The translations under genes were made by a program, and so were the position numbers. A stretch of 64,000 bases of DNA, taken from the NCBI GenBank assembly GCA_032654565.1, contig JAULAX010000018.1, positions 454,415 through 518,414 of the forward strand. The letters are read 5' to 3'. The notes under the pieces are model-generated. The model was not told the origin of the DNA, searched no databases, and saw nothing but the letters and a program-made list of their open reading frames with translations. Origin of the DNA: Anaeromyxobacteraceae bacterium. Lineage in GTDB: Bacteria > Myxococcota > Myxococcia > Myxococcales > Anaeromyxobacteraceae. Below are positions 49,522 through 58,969 of the stretch, one piece after another (positions within the stretch are counted from its first letter, which is position 1; every line of letters begins with the position of its first letter).

Positions 49522-51624
49522 ATGGCTCATTCCCCGTTCGAGCAGGTGGAGCTTCTGCGCATCGGTACGGTGGACTTCGTATCGCCCGACGAGATCAAAG
49601 TCGCCCTCGACATCGAAGCCCCCGAGTCTGTCGCCCTAAACGCTGGAAACCCTCGGCCGTTCCCACGCGTAAATGGGTACGTACTTGTCCCGGTGGACGA
49701 CGGATTCCTTGTCGGACAAATCGAGTGGCTGACAGTCGAACGATCCGCGTTTCCGAAGAGGCGCGGAATGCAGGACTTCGGCCTGGTTGATCTCCCCTAT
49801 CCGGCTCGGAAGATGAGCCTCAACCCGCTCGGCGTCCTGCGCAAGCGGGCGGATCCTGGAACGTACAGTTTCGCGCGTGGAGTCGAAGCCCTGCCTTCCA
49901 TCGGCGCGAGCGTCGTTCTCCCGTCGGAGATTCAGCTCCGCGCAATTGTCGAGTCCGGCGAGCGCAGGCGCGTCAAGATCGGAACAAGTCCGCTCGCAGG
50001 CAATGCCGAGGTGTTCGTGGACCCGGACCGGCTCTTCGGGAGACACCTCGCGGTCCTTGGAAATACCGGCAGCGGGAAGTCCTGTTCCGTAGCAGGCCTC
50101 ATACGGTGGTCGCTCGAGCAGGCGGAACGTGCCGGCGGCGGTGTGCCGAACGCGCGATTCATCATCCTCGATCCCAATGGAGAGTACTCGCGGGCATTCG
50201 GAGGGGAGAGCTCGGCTGCGAAGGCGCGAGTATTCAAGGTATCCCCAGACACGAAGGCGGGCGAGCTCCTGCTTCAGGTACCGCTCTGGTTCTGGAATAG
50301 TGCGGAATGGGTTTCATTCGCGCAAGCGAGCACGAAGACCCAGAAGCCAACGCTCGTGCAGGCACTCCGCGCCGTGCGCGAAGGTGTCACTGAGCCGGAG
50401 GCGGGCCCGAGTCACGAACTCCGCCGCTTCTTGCGTACGATGCTGACGACACTCCGAATGGAGCGTAACGCGGGAGCTCCGTGGGCCTCCTTTCCAAAGC
50501 CAAAGAGCTTCTACGAGAAGTTGGAAAAGTGGCGAGTGGGGCTCGAGCCGGACCTTCCCTCCGTTACAGGGGACGAACTGACTCAGCTCACCGCTGTCGT
50601 TAAGGAACTTGAAGGAATGTGCGCTCCTATCCGGACCGCCAAGTATCCGCACTACGACCTAACGAAGCAGCAGGTTGATACGCTTATTGGCGTCGTGAGC
50701 GGCGCCCACTTTGCCTTTGGTGGAGTTGAAACCGACACAGACCCCCTGGATGTCGACGCACCTCGCGAGTTCAAGGGAGAATCGCTCGTTCGCAGCATAG
50801 AGGCGACCGCGGAGATGCTGAACGTCTCGGAATATGCCGAGACGCTGATCATGAGAATTCGCAGCCTTGTAGCGGATGCCCGCATGAAGACGCTCATCGC
50901 GGACACGGGCGGCGTCACGCTTGAGAAATGGCTGGGGGACTACATCGGCGAATCCGACGCGAAGAACGGTTGCGTGTCGGTGCTCGATCTGTCTCTGGTC
51001 CCGACAGAGGTGATCCACATCGTGACCGCGGTCACCGCTCGTGTGGTTTTCGAGTCGTTGCAGCGATACCGGCGGATGAATGGCAAGACCCTACCGACCG
51101 TGCTGGTCATGGAAGAGGCCCACACGTTCGTCAAGCGCTACCGCGAGGACGTAGAAAATCAAGACGCCTCCGCGGTGTGTTGCCAGGTCTTTGAGCGGAT
51201 CGCGCGAGAGGGGAGGAAATTCGGCCTCGGGCTGGTGCTCTCGTCCCAGCGACCGTCGGAACTGTCACCAACGGTCCTTTCGCAATGCAACACGTTCCTG
51301 CTTCACCGAATTAGCAACTACCTCGACCAGGAACTAGTGCAACGGCTGGTGCCCGACAACCTGAAGGGACTACTTCGAGAGCTTCCTTCCTTGGCATCCC
51401 AGAGCGCCATCCTGTTGGGATGGGCTTCCGAACTTCCCGTGATGGTTCGGATGAATGACCTCCCTGAGTCACAGCGTCCTTGGTCTGACGATCCCGATTA
51501 CTGGACCGTGTGGACGCGCAAGGACGTGAAGGGCAACAAGGTGGAACGCCCAACGAACTGGAAGGCGCTCGCCGACGAGTGGCAGGGACGAACCGCGGGC
51601 AAGAAGACCAAGAAGACCAGCTAG
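49522..51624 (+). CDS. herA: HerA/DUF87 ATPase
   Basis: N-terminal HAS barrel, RHLAVLGNTGSGKS, DPNGEY, LVMEEAH, REGRKFG, SQRPSEL; 5 bp from the Sir2 stop. Confidence 0.92.
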   Translation: MAHSPFEQVELLRIGTVDFVSPDEIKVALDIEAPESVALNAGNPRPFPRVNGYVLVPVDDGFLVGQIEWLTVERSAFPKRRGMQDFGLVDLPYPARKMSLNPLGVLRKRADPGTYSFARGVEALPSIGASVVLPSEIQLRAIVESGERRRVKIGTSPLAGNAEVFVDPDRLFGRHLAVLGNTGSGKSCSVAGLIRWSLEQAERAGGGVPNARFIILDPNGEYSRAFGGESSAAKARVFKVSPDTKAGELLLQVPLWFWNSAEWVSFAQASTKTQKPTLVQALRAVREGVTEPEAGPSHELRRFLRTMLTTLRMERNAGAPWASFPKPKSFYEKLEKWRVGLEPDLPSVTGDELTQLTAVVKELEGMCAPIRTAKYPHYDLTKQQVDTLIGVVSGAHFAFGGVETDTDPLDVDAPREFKGESLVRSIEATAEMLNVSEYAETLIMRIRSLVADARMKTLIADTGGVTLEKWLGDYIGESDAKNGCVSVLDLSLVPTEVIHIVTAVTARVVFESLQRYRRMNGKTLPTVLVMEEAHTFVKRYREDVENQDASAVCCQVFERIAREGRKFGLGLVLSSQRPSELSPTVLSQCNTFLLHRISNYLDQELVQRLVPDNLKGLLRELPSLASQSAILLGWASELPVMVRMNDLPESQRPWSDDPDYWTVWTRKDVKGNKVERPTNWKALADEWQGRTAGKKTKKTS

Positions 51625-51672
51625 ACATCGTTTCCGCGTCGACGCACCCGAGGCGAACGGACGCGTCCTCGG

Positions 51673-53799
51673 ATGAATGGAGCCCCAAACGTGGCACGCC
51701 TCCCCTTGCCCCCGGGATCCACCGCACCAGCATTTGATCCGACTTATCTCATCCTCTTTGACGGCGCGGATCGTGGAGAGCCCTACAAACACCTCGTGGC
51801 GCTCACGCCAGAACAAGCGAAACACGGGACGCGACCCCACGGGCTTGATCTTGAACTGCTCCCGATCTTTGGAGCACTTACCTTCTGCTTGCACCTGCCC
51901 CGAACGCTGTATGACACCGTCAATGTCGAAGCATTAACGCTGTATCAGTCCAGGGACTTTCAACATCCGCATCACATTGTCCCGCTGCCGACGCGAGCGA
52001 TACGGGATCCGGAGATCCTCGCCGCACTCGACAATGAAGTTACTCTACTCTTGGCGCCTGACCATCTTGCGGACCAAGCTGAGGAGCTCGTGAAGATCCT
52101 TCACGTGCCGGTCGGTGTCGTGAGGTTCTCCGAGATGACGCTGGCAAGGCTGGCGGATCTTTGGAAGGAACTCGCCGGGCGGTATGCGACAACACGCAAC
52201 CGCCTCGATGAGCCGCCCGAGCTGTCACAACTTGGGTCACGCGTAAGCCGAGTCTCGTTCGCACACTTGGCACGCCAGTTCCGAACCGGCTTTCGCCGGA
52301 CGAGCTTCGATGTCGACCCGTTTCGAGCATCCCTGCACCTCCATCTCGTTCTCCGGACTACCGCCCAACTCGAAGAACAGCGGTGCTCGCCCGAGGAAGC
52401 GAACGTTCGGTTTCCGACGGAGATGGACGAGCTGTGGCCGCAGGTCCGCGTGCACGCGACACTCGGCTGCCTTGGCGTGGCCCCTCCGTTGCGGCGCGCA
52501 GTTTTCAGGAAGCGTGAGGCGAAAGGACAGCTTGCCCCGACAGCGGCCCGGGATTCGGCGGCAGAACGCGATGTGCTGTCGTTCCTGGTCGAGCACCGGG
52601 CGTGTGCCACAACCGGCGTCGGGCTGTGCATTGCTCCTCTTCCCGACCGCGTATTCACGCTGCTGGACCGACTCGAGCGTCACTGTGCCGAAGCACAGCC
52701 GAACGGCGTGGTCGTAGTTCGTGACCTTGAGCGGCTAGGCAGGGCGGTTGCGGAGCACCTTGGCGAAGACGGCCAGCAGCTAATGGATCGAGCATCCTCG
52801 TTGACGGTGTTTAGTGACTTCCCGATGTCTCTGGCAATGTTGCCAACGGACTCGGTCCCGATCTGCTGCCGGAAGCCTATTGCGCAACGACCGATAACCC
52901 CTCTGACGCGCGCTCTTCAGCTTGAGTGCAGTCACCCACCAGCGTTCTACCTGAAGAATGGGTTCGACGTTCTCGTCGCTGAGTGCCTCGACAAGAGGGA
53001 TCCACTACACAAAGTTGCGTCTGTCGGATGGGAGACTGTCCGTGACACGATCCATGCTCTGCCGAACTCACAATGCGAGATCGTCGACGTGGGCGCCGTC
53101 GAACAACTGAACGAGCACCTACGACGACATCGCTTCGACATTTTGATCCTGAGTGGTCACGGCTTTTACGATCGCGAGCGAAACGCGGCAGGTCTCATGG
53201 TGGGGGGGCGTCCCACACTAGGAGACGGGTTCGAGCGTGTGCCTCCTCTGACGATTCTGAGCGCATGCCACGTTTCGCCGAGAGGCATTGGGGCAGTAAC
53301 GATCTCGGACGTTCTCCTTGCCCGCGGAGCCATCGCTGTACTGGGAACCCTGATTCCGGTCCAGGCCACTCGAAACGCGATCTTGATGGCGCGCCTCTTC
53401 ACTTACATCCACCAGGCGATCAGTGAACCAGGCACGTTTCGCAGCATTGATCAGATATGGCAATGGGTCACGGCGAGCAACGCAGTTAACGAGATCCTGG
53501 CAGCGGGGCCGGGCATGCTGAACTGGGTTCGCGACAAGCGCGTTATCCAGCGATTCATGCTTGAGCGGTCGAAGGGGCGCCTCCGGTCACGTCACATATA
53601 TGCAGATACCATAGCCGTTCTTCAAGAGATGGCTGGGGAAGACGGGTTCGGGAAGGGATTCCGCGCGACGCTCAAGTCGCAGGGGTACTTTCCTGAGTCG
53701 CTGTTCTACGTCCTGAGCGGACGACCGGACCGCATCATCTTGCACGATCCTGTAGTGGAGCGGATGCGCGCAGCTGGCGTACCCGCTCCTTCAGCGTGA
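51673..53799 (+). CDS. CHAT-domain (caspase-like) protease with unrecognised N-terminal region
   Basis: DILILSGHG (His codon 53158-53160) and LTILSACH (Cys codon 53266-53268), then LLARGAIAVLGTLIPV. Confidence 0.8.
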   Translation: MNGAPNVARLPLPPGSTAPAFDPTYLILFDGADRGEPYKHLVALTPEQAKHGTRPHGLDLELLPIFGALTFCLHLPRTLYDTVNVEALTLYQSRDFQHPHHIVPLPTRAIRDPEILAALDNEVTLLLAPDHLADQAEELVKILHVPVGVVRFSEMTLARLADLWKELAGRYATTRNRLDEPPELSQLGSRVSRVSFAHLARQFRTGFRRTSFDVDPFRASLHLHLVLRTTAQLEEQRCSPEEANVRFPTEMDELWPQVRVHATLGCLGVAPPLRRAVFRKREAKGQLAPTAARDSAAERDVLSFLVEHRACATTGVGLCIAPLPDRVFTLLDRLERHCAEAQPNGVVVVRDLERLGRAVAEHLGEDGQQLMDRASSLTVFSDFPMSLAMLPTDSVPICCRKPIAQRPITPLTRALQLECSHPPAFYLKNGFDVLVAECLDKRDPLHKVASVGWETVRDTIHALPNSQCEIVDVGAVEQLNEHLRRHRFDILILSGHGFYDRERNAAGLMVGGRPTLGDGFERVPPLTILSACHVSPRGIGAVTISDVLLARGAIAVLGTLIPVQATRNAILMARLFTYIHQAISEPGTFRSIDQIWQWVTASNAVNEILAAGPGMLNWVRDKRVIQRFMLERSKGRLRSRHIYADTIAVLQEMAGEDGFGKGFRATLKSQGYFPESLFYVLSGRPDRIILHDPVVERMRAAGVPAPSA

Positions 53800-53818
53800 A
53801 CTCGAATAGGCGCCCCGC

Positions 53819-54925
53819 CTATCGCTTCACAAGGCGAAGCGAACCTCCCGGCTGCGAATGATGGGGCCCGCCGCCGCCATCAATCGCGACAGGAACCAGG
53901 CCGTAAACGAACGAATCGAGGTCATCTAGCGAGAGGCACAGGTCCGCAGCAAATCGGGCTCGCGCAGCTGGGCCCGTACTCCGAACAGCTGCGAAGACCT
54001 TCCGGAACACTTGCGATGTCTCCCGTGGAATCGAGTCCGGCTCCGATACGCGCCACCCGCGCCGAGCGATCTCGATGCAAAGGCTCTTGTACTGCCATTC
54101 CGATATGAGCTTAAGGTCCGCAAGGCGATGGACGAGTGCGCCAACCGAGACGTTCCAAGACTTCTTGAGTGCGACGATCGCCCCGATGGAAGGTAGGCGT
54201 GGCGTCGCCGCCACGACGCCCTCGTGCGGCATGAGTAGAGCGGAGGCAAACCGGTTCGCTTCCTGCTCTGCTTGACGACCGCGCGGCGCGCCATGCTGGT
54301 GAAGGAGCAGGTGTCCGAGCTCATGCGCCGCATCAAAGCGGCCACGCTCTCCCGATTTCCGCGGGTTGAGGAACACGAATGGGCGGCCCTCAGCCCACAG
54401 AGAGAACGCATCCACCGTCTGAGCGCACTCCTCGGAAAGCGAGTAGACGCGTACGCCGTGAGCCTCGAGCTCGTGAATCACGCTTCTGATCGACCGCGAG
54501 CCGAATCCCCATTCCGCCCTTAGTTCGGCGGCCGCAGTTTCAGGGTCCTGCCCGCCGTAATCCGGCAACGAGGGTTGCGGGAGCTTGAATTTCGCTTCGA
54601 TGTACCGGTTCACGTCGTAAATCGCGATGGAGGCTGCTGCCAGCACAGCATCCCTGTGCCCTGACGCGATCCGAGCCATCGAACGGAAGCTTCCGCTGTC
54701 TTCTCCGATGACTGGAATCGTCGGTGCAGAGAAGAACTCCTCAGGGAATCGCAGAGCCCTGCTGATCGCGGAGAGCGTTTCTTGAGACGGGACGTGCTCG
54801 CCAGCCTCGTACTTCGTCACCATCTTGGGGTGCACCGTTACAGCCGCCGCGAGCTCGAACTTGGAGAGTCCGCGCCGCATCCGCGCGACGGTAAGTCGCG
54901 AAGGCGTGAAACTCGTCTGCGTCAT
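53819..54925 (-). CDS. XRE-HTH plus ImmA/IrrE Zn-peptidase (RmrA-like antitoxin)
   Basis: RLTVARMRRGLSKFELAAAV HTH; VDAFSLW, RFDAAHELGHLLLH, EQEANRFASALLMP. Confidence 0.92.
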   Translation of the reverse strand: MTQTSFTPSRLTVARMRRGLSKFELAAAVTVHPKMVTKYEAGEHVPSQETLSAISRALRFPEEFFSAPTIPVIGEDSGSFRSMARIASGHRDAVLAAASIAIYDVNRYIEAKFKLPQPSLPDYGGQDPETAAAELRAEWGFGSRSIRSVIHELEAHGVRVYSLSEECAQTVDAFSLWAEGRPFVFLNPRKSGERGRFDAAHELGHLLLHQHGAPRGRQAEQEANRFASALLMPHEGVVAATPRLPSIGAIVALKKSWNVSVGALVHRLADLKLISEWQYKSLCIEIARRGWRVSEPDSIPRETSQVFRKVFAAVRSTGPAARARFAADLCLSLDDLDSFVYGLVPVAIDGGGGPHHSQPGGSLRLVKR

Positions 54926-54935
54926 GGCGCCTCAA

Positions 54936-55565
54936 CTACTGGTCGTCGCGAGGAGCCACGTCGATGTCGACGGGGTCAGTTTCTTCCGTGTTCGCCGTGA
55001 CCGGGACGCTCGCGCCAACGGGAATGGGCGCCAAGATGATTCGCTGCTCCCACACGTTGATGCGGCCGCCGTCGGTGATCCCGCCGGGCCGCGATAGCTC
55101 GGCGACTACGGTGTCCCCGTTGCGGCGCACGAGCAAAAACCACAACCTTCGGCGGCCTGGAGGCGGGGGGATGTCCTCCGGCTTGAACATCTGGACCTGG
55201 CTCTGGGCGATGGCGCCCTGCGCGACCACACGGGGCTTCATGTACTTGGGTTGAGGGTTCCGATCGGGATCGCCGGTGAATCGATCCCCCCCTAGCACCG
55301 CGATCTCGTCGCCCTTCGTAGGGCAGATGCATCGTTCAAAGCCATCGACGTAGATCGCCTCACCGCCTTCAGGAACAAGTCCATCGCGGAGTGCGGCGGT
55401 GGTCTCGGCCCAAGCGTACCAGCCTGGCGCAGTCTTAGGATGATGTGGAGTCGTCGCGTTTCGCCACTGCTCGCCGCGCCGAATGGCCTCCACCAGCACG
55501 TCCTCGGAGACCCCAAGTTCGGCAAGAGCCGAGGCGACTTCGACCTGCTCCGTTAACGCAGCCAT
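54936..55565 (-). CDS. Hypothetical protein, candidate toxin partner (RmrT-like)
   Basis: 209 aa, GGAGG RBS, 10 bp upstream of the HTH-ImmA gene; HPKTAPGWYAW, LWFLL, AELSRP...WEQRIIL. Toxin role inferred. Confidence 0.7.
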   Translation of the reverse strand: MAALTEQVEVASALAELGVSEDVLVEAIRRGEQWRNATTPHHPKTAPGWYAWAETTAALRDGLVPEGGEAIYVDGFERCICPTKGDEIAVLGGDRFTGDPDRNPQPKYMKPRVVAQGAIAQSQVQMFKPEDIPPPPGRRRLWFLLVRRNGDTVVAELSRPGGITDGGRINVWEQRIILAPIPVGASVPVTANTEETDPVDIDVAPRDDQ

Positions 55566-55601
55566 GCCACTCCTCCATGCCCCCGTGCCTGTGCTTGGGG
55601 C

Positions 55602-55638
55602 GATAGCTCACTATCTGGTACTTCCCTTTTCTTGTCAA
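55602..55638 (-). promoter_or_regulatory. sigma70 promoter with overlapping inverted repeat (candidate operator)
   Basis: Minus strand TTGACA-N17-GATAGT; GATAG-N4-CTATC at 55602-55615 overlaps the -10. Confidence 0.6.
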
Positions 55639-55673
55639 GGAAGGAGGAAGTCGGTGAGCGAATGGTGGCGCTT

Positions 55674-58010
55674 TTACGGCAATGGCGGCAAGCCTGGTTC
55701 GCCCAGTGCGGCGACATTCTTCGAGCCAAGCGCGCCGGGAACGTTGGCGGCACGCGCCGCGACGTCGAGCGACGCGAACGCCGCCTCGTGGGCGGTCGCG
55801 GCGTCGCGCCAGGCCGCGTCGACCTCGTCGCGCGGCGCGTTGTCCGCGAGCGAGTTTACGCGAACGATCGCGGCCTCGAGCGCCGCCTGGATCTCGCCGG
55901 TGCAGAGGCCCGATCGCGCGAGCTGGACGACCGGGTTGAAGGCGTACTCGACGACATGGACGACTGCCTTGCCGATCCTCACCGGCCGGACTCGCTTCAA
56001 CCCTGCCGCCCATGCATCCCGGTAGACACTGGTGTGTTCCTCAAGCAAGCCTAGCAGCTCCGCCTCGCTCAGCTTGCCCTCAGACCGGAGGCGCGTGGTC
56101 ACGCCGGTCTCGCCGATCCACGCAGTTCCCTCGCCGGAGGCGACGAAGTTGCACACGACGTCGCACTGACGAACCGGATGCCCCTGGACACGGCTCCCCG
56201 ACAAGAGAGGGTGAGACACGACGATGCACGTCGCGACGCGCGCGGCGGCGACGTCCATCCCGAGCCGCTTCGACATCCGGGATCGCACCGAAGCGTCGGC
56301 GAGCGCCGTGGCGTGCCGATCCAGCTGCACCGCAGCCTTCTCGACGGCGTCCCAGGTTGTCCGCAGCTCAAACCAGGTGCACGGGACAAGCGTGTTCTTC
56401 GCCTCGAACACGAAGAGGTGCGAACCGACCGCCGCGATCAGGTCGATCTCGTACGTCTTGCCGGACCACTCGTACCTGACGTTCGGCCAAGCGGGAAGTC
56501 CCGCAATCTCGAAGGCGAGGCGGAGGTCGGCGACGAGCGGATCGGTCTTCCCGTCGGGGTACGGTCTCCTCCCGCTCGACCAGAGACCGTTCCGAATCAG
56601 GTTCGAATCGGAGGCGACCGCCAGCGGGAGAAGGAGGTGGTCCCGCAACGCGAGGATGGGCGTGTGCTGGAGGTCGAGACGCGAAGGCTCAAGCGCGTCC
56701 CACGAAAAGGTCGAGACGAGCGTCTCCGCAAGGCCTCGGTCGAGCCCGAAAGTCGCCGCGACCCGTAGGAACGTGTCAGCTTCCACGTACAACAATCGAG
56801 CTTCGCGCCGGTCGTCCGCGGAAAGATGTGACCGGTCGAGCTCGGCGGATCGCGACAGCGCGAGGAACTTGAGAAGGCGCTGAAAACGAACGACGTCGCG
56901 CGTCGTGACGCCGCGCGCGATCTCGAGGTCGAGGAGCTCGGGCGGGCTCACCTTGAGCTGGGCGGCTGCGATGCGGAGCTCGAGCTCCTCTTCGCGGTAC
57001 GCCGCTCCGCGGTTCACGACGCTCGCCACCGCGGCGGCGTGTCCTTCGTGGAGGCGGTAACCAAAGTGAGGGCGCTCCGAGTCCGTCAGCAGCACGTACG
57101 GACTCGCATCGCGCGTCGCTTCGGAGAACGCCTCGGCGAACGTCCGCAGCTCGACCCGTTCGCGCAGCCTCGGGCGGACGCGCAGCGCGGGCGTGTGGTT
57201 CGCCTGAAGGTAGCCGTACGACAGCGCGTAGCCGAGGCTGTCCGTGGGGGCCTCGATGCGGAAGGTCGACCGAGCTTCCAAAGTACATTTGAAGCCCATC
57301 CGGTAGACCAGGATCTCCTGGCCGCGCAGTTCGCGCAACCAGTAGCCCGCGAGGATCAGATGTCGCGCGACGTCCTGCGAAACGAGGCGCTCCGCGGAAC
57401 CCCTACCTCCGAGCCGGCCCATGCGCGCGAGGAGCTCGACGACTTGCGCGGCTCCCGCGGCCACCTGCTCCGAATCGAGCTCCTCGAACGTGGTCGGCGC
57501 GAGCGTTGCGAACGGAGGTCTCCTCCCGCCGTGGAAATCGTCGTCGAGCGTCCCGATCACCGCGTGAAGGGTGCGAATCGGTGAGCGTGAAACGGCATTT
57601 GCGAGGTCCGCCTCCGATTCGCGAGCGAGTGCCACGAGCGCAGAGAAAGCGATCCAAGAGTCGATCACGCCGAGGTGGTCGTGGAGTTCGGGGCTGCCTG
57701 CGACGAGCTGTTTCAGCTCCCCGAGAACCCACCGGATCTTCCGCAGCGCGCCGACTCCATAGGTGAATGGTCGAAGCGCGTCGGCGACGACGTGCAAATC
57801 GCGACGTGCGAGGGCGACGCATGCGAACGCGGACCGGAGGGCCGGCGCGCCGCGGTTCGCGGCGAGGGCGGCACGGACATCCTTCGCGATGGGCTTCAGG
57901 AGCGTTTGCTCGTCCCCGTCAGCCATCGCCTCGCGCGCCAGTGCCGACACCGCCACGTGCCACTCGGGGCAGCGTAGGGCCTCGACGACTCTCTCGTATG
58001 TCACTGGCAT
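55674..58010 (-). CDS. Large protein with C-terminal NERD/PD-(D/E)xK nuclease-like domain
   Basis: YEIDLIAAVGSHLFVFEAKN...KAAVQL. Start uncertain: ATG 58010 chosen, but the frame is open to 58181. Confidence 0.7.
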   Translation of the reverse strand: MPVTYERVVEALRCPEWHVAVSALAREAMADGDEQTLLKPIAKDVRAALAANRGAPALRSAFACVALARRDLHVVADALRPFTYGVGALRKIRWVLGELKQLVAGSPELHDHLGVIDSWIAFSALVALARESEADLANAVSRSPIRTLHAVIGTLDDDFHGGRRPPFATLAPTTFEELDSEQVAAGAAQVVELLARMGRLGGRGSAERLVSQDVARHLILAGYWLRELRGQEILVYRMGFKCTLEARSTFRIEAPTDSLGYALSYGYLQANHTPALRVRPRLRERVELRTFAEAFSEATRDASPYVLLTDSERPHFGYRLHEGHAAAVASVVNRGAAYREEELELRIAAAQLKVSPPELLDLEIARGVTTRDVVRFQRLLKFLALSRSAELDRSHLSADDRREARLLYVEADTFLRVAATFGLDRGLAETLVSTFSWDALEPSRLDLQHTPILALRDHLLLPLAVASDSNLIRNGLWSSGRRPYPDGKTDPLVADLRLAFEIAGLPAWPNVRYEWSGKTYEIDLIAAVGSHLFVFEAKNTLVPCTWFELRTTWDAVEKAAVQLDRHATALADASVRSRMSKRLGMDVAAARVATCIVVSHPLLSGSRVQGHPVRQCDVVCNFVASGEGTAWIGETGVTTRLRSEGKLSEAELLGLLEEHTSVYRDAWAAGLKRVRPVRIGKAVVHVVEYAFNPVVQLARSGLCTGEIQAALEAAIVRVNSLADNAPRDEVDAAWRDAATAHEAAFASLDVAARAANVPGALGSKNVAALGEPGLPPLP

Positions 58011-58380
58011 AGGTGGGCAGCGCTCCGTATGCTGCGCAGGTAGTGTCGCCGAGCGCACTGACACCAGGACGTCGGGGCGTCGGACGATGTGGAGCGTCTT
58101 CTGAGTCGACCGGGCGCCGTGACAGCGGAGGATCGCCGTCGCCACCCTCACCGAGGCAAAGGCGCTGCCATACAGCCTCATTGCCCCGGGTCACATTCAT
58201 GAGGTGGCGTCCGCCGGCCATCCAAGCCAAGGCATCGGTCAGGGCATCACCGTCTTCGAGACGGCCTGCATAGGATTCCAATTGTTGTGGGGAAGGCACA
58301 TGCACTGAGTTTCTTGCCGGGTGTCCCTGAGTCATCTGAATGGGCAGTCGCCCACTACAATTCGAGCCCAACCCTTGGGG

Positions 58381-58797
58381 TCACCGTCGTGCTGTCTGAG
58401 TTGTGGCTAGCGGCGCCTTCCCTACCATCCCCTTCGAGGCAGCAGCGCGGGCCTGCTTCTTCGCGTACTCCTCCTCGCCACGCTCGATGGGCCCCTTGAG
58501 GAAGAAGGCCAGGAGGGTGAGTGCGGCGCAGACCTTCGCCATGGTGCGGACTCGTCGGCCGAACCCCTCGAACCAACCCGGGTAGTAAGCGCGCATGAAC
58601 TCGCGATGGAGTTCCTGGCCGCGCACGAGCGCTGCGGCATCGCCACCTGACTCGCGGACCTCGCGCACGGCATCCTCGTAGGCGTCGCGCAGGACGACGT
58701 ACGAACGCCGGTGGCGCCGGCGTGCCGTGAAGTGACCGCTAAGGCCGATGATGAAGATGCCGCTGATGATGAGCCCGAGATTCTCGTAGATCCACAT
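58381..58797 (-). CDS. Small two-TM membrane protein
   Basis: AAGGAGG RBS; hydrophobic segments LGLIISGIFIIGL and VCAALTLLAFFL. Confidence 0.7.
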   Translation of the reverse strand: MWIYENLGLIISGIFIIGLSGHFTARRRHRRSYVVLRDAYEDAVREVRESGGDAAALVRGQELHREFMRAYYPGWFEGFGRRVRTMAKVCAALTLLAFFLKGPIERGEEEYAKKQARAAASKGMVGKAPLATTQTARR

Positions 58798-58969
58798 GGC
58801 GCAACCTCCTTGCCTCCCGGGCACCAGCATGATCCTCGCCACTGACATTTTGTGCAGCGATCGCCGAAAGGCACCCGAATGAGTCGGTCGTAGCCACTAG
58901 AATGCCGCCCGACATACACCTAACATGGCGCTTCAAGCAGCGCCACGAGGAGTGACGCCAGGAGCGCGG

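Noticed and set aside
57919..58371. 150-aa minus-strand ORF between the nuclease and TM genes
   Set aside because: Overlaps the nuclease start region in another frame, with no RBS or motif. It may be a remnant but is unsupported.
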